NCBI RefSeq assembly: GCF_963676685.1
Contig: NC_092349.1
Location: forward strand, 50,778,001-50,842,000
Direction of reading: 5' to 3'
DNA from: Mytilus edulis
Taxonomy: Eukaryota
DNA: 64,000 nucleotides
Positions 13,503 through 24,600 of the stretch are shown here, piece by piece (the first letter of the stretch is position 1; each line of letters begins with the position of its first letter). The position numbers were made by a program, and so were the translations under genes. Under the pieces are notes generated by a model. It was given only the letters and a program-made list of their open reading frames with translations, had not been told where the DNA came from and did no database searches.

Positions 13503-14701
13503 TACGGAAGCCCATAGGGGACCTACAAAAATAACATCATATCGTTATTTTGATATAATCAAATCGTAATCTCGATTTTATTCCGTAATATCGATATGAA
13601 TATATGAGTTAAAGTTGGGTTATGGCACTCAAAAATATTTACAGATATCAAAATCTAGCGGAGTAAAATTGATCAGTATGTTATGATCTGCCTCTGCCGA
13701 AATTAGAGTTCAGGTTGATCTAAAGATTCGTTTGAGAGCTATTTGCAAATTTTCTCAATTTTTTTTTATCATTTTGACAATATTTTTTAAATCGTAAAAG
13801 TAAGAGCCTTTTTTTATTTTTATTATTTCAAAATATTTCATGTTTTTCATTATCTTAGTTGTCAAGGTAACAGATTAATTAATTGTAACCTTTATTTAAC
13901 GTTAAGGTTTTTAAATGTCCCGCTTGAACTAGTATGCCTATCTTTAATTTACACGAAGTCGTAAGAATGAGAGGTAGTAAGAAAATTAATAAGACAACTC
14001 TTACTTGGGACAAATTGGCGTTTTTAAAAATAAACAAAATGTACACTCGTGTCTATTAAAGATATATATACTTTTTCAAGCGTGTCTGGGACATATGTTG
14101 AAAATCGACAGTTCTTCGTATTTTCGCATTAGGTACAGATTGATACAAAACTTTTTTGCACTGGCGGTTCGATCGGCTTTCCTGGTCTGTCACTCTCTTC
14201 TGTTCGTCATGATTAAACATGAAATATTTGCGACTGGACGTTAAGCAATAACAGTCAATATATACAGAAAATGACACATAAATCAAGCGGATCAAACTGC
14301 CCGCGCAAAAACAAAAATCAGCATATTCAATGTCTTTCAAGGTTTGGTGTCTATCTGAGTCGTGCGAAATGAAGATGTTCTATTAATCCCCTATGCATTG
14401 ATAAATTTTATCCTCTGCTAGAATTTTAATATATGTATCAGTTTTAGTCATTTGCATAAGATGCAATAACTCCACCCAACCTCAACTATATAAATATCGA
14501 AATAACGATATAATATATCGAAATAACAATATAATATATCGAGGTAACGATATAATAATATCGAGATAACGATGTAAAAATTTCGATATAACGATATAAA
14601 TATATTGATATAACGATAAAATTACATCGAAATAACGATATATATTATATTGCAATAACGATACAATATTATTTTTTGTAGGTCCCCTATTGGCTTCCTT
14701 A
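13503..14701. mobile_element. IS3EU-like non-autonomous TIR element inserted in the LINE
   Basis: ~50-bp TIRs TACGGAAGCCCATAGGGGACCTACAAAAA and TAAGGAAGCCAATAGGGGACCTAC (reverse complement). Degenerate 6-bp TSD gaaata/gtcata splits LINE codons KEI|RVVF. ~22-bp subterminal repeats at 14495-14660. TAY termini with a 6-bp TSD fit IS3EU. Confidence 0.7.
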
Positions 14702-16209
14702 GTCATAAGGGTAGTATTCTGTTATATAAGCAAAGCGTCTGATCGAGGTGGCATAAGGGACTGCTAGTTGAGCTTCAACAAGCGGGCATGTCGAGTTCTT
14801 TATTAAGGTGGTTTGAAAATTATCTTACAAATAGAGTCCAGCGGGTGGTTATTAACGGTTCAAGTTACGAATGGTTACCTGTAAATGCAGGCGTTCTACA
14901 AGGATCCATTATGGGCCCTCTCCTTTTTTGATATTTATAAACGGTATTGTTTATAATAAAAATGTCATGTGAATTTTAATGCCCAAAAAAACTGAAAGTA
15001 TGATAATTTAAAAAAAAATAAAAATAGACCCTTTCATTCTCCATTAAATATGAATACACAAGAGCTACAGACATAATGTATGTATACACAAACATCTATA
15101 TGTCTTTTTTTTCTAACAACGGATCCTGGAACGACTATATTGAATACATAGTTTCTAAATCTTACAAAAGAATAAATATAATGAGAAAAATAAAAATGTT
15201 CTTGAAAGGTTTACTCTTGAAAAACTTTTACATATCATTTGTTCGCCCAATTCTTGAATAAGCCGATGTCGATATACTTCATTATAAAAAAAATGAATAA
15301 TAAAACTCCAGAGTATTTAAGAGACTTATCGCTCGATTCAGTAGGAAGTAGGCATGTTCATAATACAAGACAAAGAACTTATATTACTCAAGTCAACACA
15401 CGGACCCAACTCTTAACACAAACATAAGAAAACGTGAATCTCTATCATTACTCAAAAAACAAATAATTACCCAAAATAGTAAGGCCTCAGCGTATTATTA
15501 TGTAGGACATCGTTTTGGTCAAATTCTTCATGTTTGTTAAGAATGGGTTTAAGTTCATTGAATTCTCACCTATTCGTTTGTAATTTAGTAGACTCTCCAA
15601 ATTGTCGTCGTGGTGATGTAGAAACAAATTTTCACTTCCACTTATCTTGTCCCATATACACTTATTAACGACATGAACTATTAGATTCTGTTGCAGTTCT
15701 TCCTGTCCAAGTTAACACAAAAACTTTGCTTTTTGGATCAACGGAACTCTCAGATGAGCAAAATAGTCTTTTATATAGTTTGGTGCAAAAATAAAAGTAA
15801 ACGTTTTAACCATTGATGTTAATGCTTCACCATTCAATAGGAACCCACGCATTTCACACAACAATAAGTCATGTTTATTTATTTATTTTGTTTTATTTTT
15901 TTCTCATATTTTTTTATTCTTTTTCTTCCATCTTTTTCATATTCATATATTTATTACAGAGCATGCCAGTATTTATATTTATGTATTGTTCAATAAGTGT
16001 ATTATTTTTGTAAAAGGAGACAGATTTGTAAAAGTAAATTGCTTGTTTCTGAATCCTTAATATTATTTCATTTGTAAAATATTGTTTAATGTTGATTTAT
16101 CTGAATAAATATTGTTTAAGCTAATATAATATGAGAAGAACATAACCCGTATTATGCCTTCAACTGGTTTTAGAATAAATGTCTGTTTAGTTCACGCATC
16201 GTTGTCAAT

Positions 16210-17805
16210 ATTAGGGTAATTATCAAAAAAAACATGCAAAACTATGTTATTGGGTCTTTTTAAGTCACAGACATGAAAATATATCAAAATAACACTTGCA
16301 TATGTTATATATGAATGTTTTGTGATACACAATATACAGTGTACAGTATGAAATGTTATAAAAACATCCTTAATGTTTTCTTAAAACCTTGAAGATAGCC
16401 AGAATTAACTGTTATTTTTTACTATAAATCCTTTCAGACTTAAAATAGGAATATTATTCATATCATTTGTTATTATGATTTATCACTTTTTATTGCATTT
16501 TGATACATACATTTTTTTTTAATGATTTAGGAGGTGTATGTTGGTTTTATAATAAAAATTTTCACCAAAAAGAAATGTAACATTATTTAAGTCAATGGTG
16601 TAACCAAAGGACAAATTAGTAGGATAAGAGTTATTTTTCGCAAAATTTGTGCATTTACAACAGTTTCTCCCTTAGCAATGTAAGCATGTTATGCAAAAGA
16701 AAACAAACAATTTTGTTGAAGATTTAAGGAAAAAATCGTTAAAGTAAGTAAAGCTTATATCGTAATTGGAAATAGTGTCCATGGTGTACCCTTTATAAAA
16801 ATCATTTTTTTAAAGCAGTTCCTTATCTTTGAATAATGAAATATATTGATTATAGAAACATGCACCTGTAACAACATATAGAATAGGGGAATGGAACACT
16901 TATTTTGTATTAAACTGAATTTTAAAATACATCTTAAATCATTGGTGTTACTGTCAATGGTGAGACCATTTTGATAAAATAACACCAGTGACCAGTTTAG
17001 TAACACCACTGAATATATCATGACAATCAGCATTGTTTTGTGTTTCTTTCATGTTTAACAAGCGAAACATCACATTATTTATGAAAACAATACTTATTTA
17101 ACAAAGTTTTAACAATATGATGTATGCTGGTAACACCAATGACACTATTTAGTAACACTATTGACATTTTTAGTAATGGATGTTATGTTATATAATTTGA
17201 GATGTTTTAGCCTAAGAATTATTTTTTCATCTTTTTTCTTTCGCCCGGTGATCTTGGCTTTGAAATGTGATGTCAATGGTGATATGTTTGTGTCATTGGA
17301 GTTACTGAAGGGTCAGTGGTGTTACTATATTAAAATGCGACATTTTTTGTTTATCTTTATTCATTAATGAAAGTGTTTTATGTCGTGTACAAAGGATTAG
17401 GTATATTATTATCATTTAATCTTATACAATTCACATATATTCAGTTTGAGTGTATTTTTTAGTATTTGTAACGACCATAATTAGGACAGCCATTTTTTTT
17501 TAGGACAATGTATTCTGAAATTTATGTTTAAATAGAATGCACAGCTATATGAATAATAAGTCGTAATTTAAACCTAAACAACAAATTGGAACAGTTATTT
17601 GATGTTAAACAATAATATTTATTACCTAAATGTATGCTTTAAATTGGTAACACCATTGACACGATTCTATCAAAGAATGACCTAAAATTGTTAAAATTGA
17701 AGAAACTCTTCATTTTTCCCATTGCATATTTCTGAATATCGTTGCTACCATACTATAGAATAGTAAGACACATTTAAATGTTTTAAACAATGACATCATT
17801 TTTCA
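16210..17805 (-). repeat. Copy 2 (inverted) of the unclassified ~1.6-kb repeat
   Basis: Reverse complement is colinear with the three pieces of copy 1; shared inner terminus GGGT(A/C)ATTAT. Confidence 0.75.
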
Positions 17806-18029
17806 AAATATTGAATTTGATGCGACTGTCATACAAGTGAGAAGTATAGCACTAAAAAAACAGGTTCAATTTACAATTTTCTACATAAGACAATGCCTGT
17901 ACCAAGTCAGGAATAAGATAGTTGTTGTCCATTCGTTTGAAGTGTTTTATCTTTTGATTTTGCCAGTTGATAAAGGACTTTCCGTTTTGGATTTTCCTCG
18001 GAGTTCAGTATTTTTGTAGTTTTACTTTT

Positions 18030-19430
18030 TAAAACGATAACGATCGTAGGGTGTAATAAAAGTAATAACATATTAAGACGGATCGTCAAGACTAATGGTC
18101 CAGTAACCTGATCGGACATCAGTTTTAGTAAAATAATGCGCCTTCGACAATTGAGTCAGAATATCCTCTACTGTTCGGATCGGATAGTGCGGACGCTGAG
18201 TCGCAGAGATCAAATATTTCGGGTCTATGCATAAACATCCGGTTTTTCGACAACGACGAGTAAATTAACCTAAGGTGTGGGGATGTCAACTTTACAAATT
18301 GTGTCTGCGTTCACCCTGTGATCTAATTCAGACTTTTAGCGACCACATAGCGCTACAGGAACGCGTCGCAGGGGTAGTACGTCTGGGAGGTACATTCGGA
18401 TCATTGTGTATTGTAGCTTCGCCTGAAAAAAGACCGACACCTTTGACAATATCTGAATGATCTTTTACCACTGACGACTTAGTCAGAAGAACATGTAGTT
18501 TCGGTACTGTAAACCAATTTTATCAACTCATAATCCAAGCAAGACTGCATGCCTAATATTGATGTGGAATTAGTATCTAGGCAGTAAAATATTAATTTTT
18601 TACTAAGTTTCTAGGCAGTAAAAATCTAATTTACTTTTAACAGAACCATGTTCACAAGGGACACAACAGACGCCGAATGAGGGCAGGGCATGCCATTATA
18701 AGCATTCAATAATGAAAGTAGTATGCTCATTTATACAATAAAGACAAAAATATCGGTCACTATTACCATCTGTGTCTGTCACTAATTCATCGACCCTTGG
18801 TTTGGATCTGCATACTTGCGAAAAATGATTCCATTTTTGGCAACTGTTGTACTTTTTTCCTTTCGCCAGACATTCTTCTCGTTTGCAGTGTCTTCTCCCA
18901 CAATTTCAACTTTCCATATCCTTGATGGGAAGATTAACGATGGGTTCGACTTTAACTCGATCTCTTTTGACTGGACCCGACCTAGTTTGGTCGGACGGCT
19001 GGCGGTTCTTCCTAGATTAGGCACTGTTATACTGTGGGTGTCACTTCGTGTACGACGCTAGACAATTAAATGTTTTATATCTTCTTCGGTTGTCCTTGAC
19101 TATACTCAAACGCCTGCGCGATCTGAAAAGCTTTTTTCAAATACCATTGCGTCACCTTCATTTAAGAGTTTCTCTTTCACTTTAGGCGAACTTGTCCCGA
19201 CAAAAAGATCATCTCGTTCATGTCCTTAAAATTACAGTCTTTAGCCATGAGCGTCAGTCGAGTAATAAACTGCTTAAGAGTGTCACTACTTTGTGTGTCA
19301 TGTCTGAATTTACACCTTGCAAGTAAAGAGTTCTGCTTTGGTTGGACATATTAGGCAAGACATTTGTCAAAATGGACAGAAAGGTTTTTTAGCATCGTCT
19401 TTTCTAGATTTGTTGAATGCAGTTCACATG
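18030..19430 (-). mobile_element. Gypsy (Mag-clade-like) gag, protease and RT N-terminal relic; same element as 10912-11825
   Basis: Gag-like QFITRL..AKDC and KVKEKLLNEG; decayed double knuckle NCGRRH...CLAKGK..SCQKWNHFSQVCRS; RT RVPVAL..LKSEL, LVVVEKP, LCIDP..RPHYP, SGYWTI..TPYDRYRF. Confidence 0.85.
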
Positions 19431-21193
19431 AGGCTGTGGTATTCCGTTGAGATCCGTTTCCCGTATTTATCTGTCACCGTGTAATATTCCCTGGGGCCGT
19501 ATGACGATAATTTGAATAAAAAATTAAGAAGCAGGTTGTTCATTTGTATCCCATATGAATAATGATAAAAAATAATATATGGGGTTTACAAAAATCATAT
19601 CAGACTGATATTAAAGAGAAGTAATACAAAGAACGTAAATCAAAGTATTGTCTAAGCATAATGTTACATATATGTATCGTTTTGAATTTAGGGAATAAAG
19701 TATTGAAATGAAAACTAACGATTCTGGACTAGAAATTAATATGCAGTACAGCCACTAATATCAAAGTACATGTAGGACCACATGATTTAATTTAGTTGGT
19801 TAAATACTTAAAGCATACTCTCTCAAAGCTTTCTAAGACTCTGAGGGATTTATGGGCTTAACATTTCTATAGACACCTGTTTACATCTTTTAATTGTTAA
19901 TAGACCTTTATGAGAAAAAAAAAGGGGGGTAATAGAGGGTTCATTAACATGTGAACAACATCTCGATTTTGTCCCAAAAGCAGTTGACAGCAAATATAAA
20001 ATGCTGTTCATAGTTAACCTGAACTTTTATTGTGACTCTGGGAATGTTTGTTTATGTTAAAGACAGTTTTCAGTAGTAAAGTAAACACTAATTTTTGAGT
20101 GTTTTTGTTTAGCCCTTTTAGTCCCAGATGGCGGGACGCCTAAACTGGCATGTGTCCGGTTTCGATCCGTATGAAAATCCTACTATTCCTTCAGTTTACC
20201 CTTTTCATTGGTACCTTTCAATTGGATTTTTTTTATTTAAACAAAGGAAAACAACGATTGCTTCCCTTTTGGCCATAGTGTGATCTATAGTTCATTTGAA
20301 CTACTATTTTTTTATTGCACCCTCGGAAATAATCCTCTTGTATCTGTATTCGCATTTGTGCCATCGGATAGTTCAAGGCTTTGGTGGTATATATATTACC
20401 ATTTGTTCAAATCTTTATTTTATTTGCGGCTTGCCCCTTAATCTGTGAACACCATCGACTCCATTATGATTGCTACTGGAAATGACATTAATATCTTATG
20501 ACGGGTAAAGAAGATAATAGCTAATGGTCCTGTCTATAATCCACAGACTCTTGTTTGTATCCATGGATAGGTCAAGTATCTATCTATATTTTTTGGCAAT
20601 CGTTAATGGCAGTCAGCTGGGGTCAAGAACATCAGTTTTTCGACCTGTTAGTCAAATGCGTTTTGTTAAACGATACTTTTCCACTATTTTGGAAGATGTT
20701 GTTTGTAATTTATTTCGACCCCTCTACAACGAAATTTGTTTTACATGCATAAGTATAAAAAATGAGGTTTTTATCCAACGCAATCATAGGTTTGAACGTT
20801 GTTTTCAATTAAGACTTGTTCATATTTATTTCGCTTGGGGTAGTATTATATTTTTCCTCTTGTTTATATAATCGGTTCATCCTATATTGACTTTTAAAAT
20901 TCAACAGTCTATCCTAAATTGAGGTAAATTATATGACCTTCCAGATACATTTTTATCCCTAACATCACTGAAGAGACATTAATTGTCGTAATGCGGATAT
21001 GGTGTAAAAAAAAATAAAAATTAAGCTACTCATCTTTGTGGTTTACCATCTGTGCCACAGGTTTATTGTTTTCTGTTTGGTTTAAAAATTATATAGAGAT
21101 CAATATTGTTAAATCTTTGTGATCAATTTATTTGGCAATCGTTAATGGCAGTCATGAGAATTTTAGAACATCAGTTGTTCGACCTTTAGTCAA

Positions 21194-21512
21194 AAGAGTA
21201 AAATCACAAAAATACTGAACTCAGAGGAAAATCTAATCAGATAGTTCATAATCACATGGCAAAATCAAATGACAAAACACATAAAAAACGAATTGACAGA
21301 AAATGGTGGATTAAACCTGGTTTTATAGCGATAAATCTCTCCCTTTGATGACAGTCTCATCAAATTCCGTTATATTTACAATGATGCGTGAACTAAACAG
21401 ACATATTAAATAAAATAGTCAAAATATGGGTACAGCAGTCATCATCGTGTAACAATTTTTAAAGGAACAATTTAACAGAACACAAAAACATCTATCTACA
21501 AACACATTCATT
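21194..21512 (+). repeat. Penelope-type repeat family B (also 1770-1827 plus 5424-5617, and ~17810-18028 minus)
   Basis: Shared sequence agtaaaatcacaaaaatactgaactcagagg...atcacatggcaaaatcaaatgac...gcgtgaactaa across the three loci. Confidence 0.75.
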
Positions 21513-21623
21513 CATCATTATAGCGTTTGACGTATGCACATAACCCAATGCATGTTACAAAGACTATGGTGAAGATAATCCCAATTGCAGCAGCAATGGC
21601 TGGTACCAGGTGATGCGTATCGT
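21508..21623 (-). CDS. Coding exon 5: TM helix LVPAIAAAIGIIFTIVFVTCIGLCAY followed by VKRYNDE*
   Basis: ctttcag| acceptor, phase 1; ~25 hydrophobic residues followed by KR (positive-inside); TGA at 21508-21510. Confidence 0.78.
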
Positions 21624-24600
21624 CTGAAAGAAAGTGGACATCATTAATATATATATATTTTTTTCATATTGCAAAAAATTGCACACACTGATGTCACTCT
21701 ATGTATAATTACACAATCAGTAATAAGATAATAATTTTCATAATATTGAGGACAAACCTACTTTGCACAGTCATAAGTAAGGAACCTGATGTCCGGGGAT
21801 TGTTGTTTGTTAATGTAGTTCATTATTGTTTCTTGTTTTGATACAGATAAGAAAGTTGGTTTTTCTTTTTGATTGGTCTTACATAAGTCATTTTGGGGCC
21901 CTCTAAAGCTTGCTGTTCGGTGTGAGCCAAGGTTCAGTGTTGAAATACGTAGGTGGGCCTATAATAGTTTTATTTTACAAATTGTGACTAGGATTGCGAA
22001 TTGTTTCATAGACACTCATACCACATCTTCTGATATACTTGTAGCTACTTATGTATGTAATGAAATGTATTATTTTAGAAAGTGTTGATATAAAACATAT
22101 CGATGTTCAATGAATGAAAGTATATGAACGAATTGTCCAATGTTGTTACCGGATATGTTGTGTACAATTTACTTTTTTTAATAGTATAAACAAACGGATT
22201 TTTGAATATTTTTTTCAATAAACATATTCAGATATATTGATGATCGATGTTCGTTCCATTAACAATCCAGCCTTTTTTGGATTCCATTAATACTCCCTTT
22301 TCCCCCAAACTAGAAAATAAAAAAAACAATAGACACCGTTTCTTTCGCCTTATTTTATACTTATACTACGAATTTAACTGACTGATTATCTCAGTACCTG
22401 AATCTCTGACAAATGAAACGATTTTAATTTTGCTACTATCAATTATCCTCAACTAAGTAGCAATAAACCAACTTCACCTGCATATGGAATACGTATTTCC
22501 CAACTTATTCGATATTCAAGAGCTTGAAGCTGATACTCTGACTTTGTACGACGTACCCAGTGTCGTGAGTAGAAAGTTGATGAATCAGGTGTTTGTCAAC
22601 GAAAGTCTCTTCCTTTATTCCAAAAAATCATTGAAAAGTACCATAACCTCTTTGATAATGTTCCGTGTTCATTTCACAAATGCTACACAATGCATATGGT
22701 CTTGTAGTATAGATTATGTGTACAAACGTTGTTAACTATCGTTTATACTTGTTATAGTATCTTTTATTTATCTTTACGGACATTAATTTTACTGTTTAGT
22801 GTGTTTTTTGGTGATATCAATTTGTCGTGGCTATGTACTTATACATCCCGTCATTATGTTATTGTTCTATTGTAACAGTCGGATAAAAACCAGTCCACTA
22901 TCTACTTGCGTTTGGAGGCATATAATCAGACTGCTATGGTAAGTTTGTTATTCTTGTTCAGACGTTTGTACAAAAAGCAAACTCGACGATCTACTTTTAC
23001 ACTGTCGAAATTCTTTTATAGTCTATACAGTCTCTCATAAAATAAATTTTTAGAGAGCTTTCGCAACAGAGTTTATTTAGCTCTGAAATTATCGAACTAA
23101 AATCATTCTGCGAGGTAGTAAAGGGAGACATAAACATCTCTGGCACAACAGATCTGTGTTAGTAGCTTTTATAGACACCCATCACTAGAACAATTTAACA
23201 TCTTCCTAAATAGAATAGATAATACATCAACCACACATTTATACATGGCTAGGAGGGGACTGAATTCATTGATACATATAATGGTCAACACCAGCATTCA
23301 TTGTTGGCAAATCAGATGCTAGAAAACATCAATATCTTTTGGACATCAAATCACAACTAACACAAAACCATTGACAAGCTTTAACGAACAGATAGAATAT
23401 ACGATCTTAATTTAGTTAATAATCCAAATTGTAGCAGTAATCTTAATACACTTTCACATATCGGCTAAGCAGATCACAATATATTTATGTATAAATGGAC
23501 ACATGCTTGAAACTAAGAGTAAGAGAAATAGAACAATGTTAAAAGCCTACTGTTTAGAGAACAATAAAAGGTCGTTCAACCCGTAGATGTTTTTGATATA
23601 AAACTAGTAAAATTCAGTTTAAAATGTCATTTCCAGCGTCAAAAGATAGCTTATTGAACGCTGATTCCAAAAATATTTGGTTTCTATTCAATTTGTTTTA
23701 AATAAATGAGATAATACGTTACTTCCGGTTTGAAAAAAGTATAAGTCATTAAACAAGGATCTCAAATCAAAAGACCCTAAATCTTAATTATATTTGGTTA
23801 ATGAGCTATGGCATCATTCGCGTATTTTCAACTACACGAGTGCAGAAACTTTAATTTATAGTAAGCGTACCCTTAAAACCAATATGTATGAGTTACGACA
23901 TGTCGCAACCAACAATTAAGTAAAACTGTGTTGTCAATATCTAACATGATGTTTAAAAAGAGATGAACATCCATTTTAAAAATGATCTTTACCTTTGTTC
24001 TTTATCCTTTTTCCCGTTTTTTGGACCAAGGACCTCAAATCAAGAGACCCTACGTCTCTATCACGCATGGTTTACCCATTACAATTATATTTCACTTATT
24101 TTAAATTTAGAAGGGAAAATAACTCTTATGGAGTTTCCGGACCACTGCGGTCAAATTATTTGTTATCTTGAAAATTTAATAAGCAAATTGGTGAAATAAA
24201 TTTTGCATAATCTTTTACGGTTGCGAAGGAGATGCGCATACAAGAAACATAGTGTTTGGGGAGATAACTCTTACAATATTTTTTTTTCGATTAAACAGGA
24301 TCAGTTTCAAACTTGCATTAGTACGACATTTTGTGAAATTACAAAACACTGTATGTTGCGGAAGAGAAGAAAACATATTTAAAAACCAATTGTTCTCTGA
24401 ACAAATGGTTTTAAATCCCTTTTTTTAGAGAAACAATTGAAGGTCTAGTTTCCACTGCAAACTTTTATATTATGGCAATCAAGACAACACTCTAAAATGG
24501 ATTCAGGCTATAGTATTAAACTAAACACAAACAGTGGTTATACATAGAATAAAACCAAACATAGTACCAGTTAAATCAGGTCTGTCCAAAAGAAAACGCA

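Larger units (their letters stand above)
12470..16122 (+). mobile_element. 5'-truncated CR1/L2-group LINE, decayed ORF2
   Basis: Motifs PKLLKEA, SKCMERCVYKHVYNH..LSKNQSGF, KALDSGKEIRVVF..SKA.DR, QRVVING, AGV.QGSI.GPLLF, FVRPILE, a C-terminal C..G..ET..H...CP knuckle and an AATAAA-containing 3' tail. Confidence 0.85.
11945..16190 (+). repeat. Penelope-type repeat family A, split by the LINE (11945-12470 and ~16122-16190)
   Basis: Sequence stops at ...gtattaaaccatc (12470) and resumes as ...atatgagaagaacataacccg after the LINE 3' end. The continuity rests on my recollection of the family consensus. Confidence 0.6.

Noticed and set aside
5746-17805. A single giant foldback transposon with 1.6-kb TIRs
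   Set aside because: The right arm lies inside a Gypsy element that continues beyond it, the defined termini face inward, and no outer TSD was found.
22970-23420. Decayed LINE endonuclease fragment
   Set aside because: Only a WLGGD-like hint; too degraded to support.
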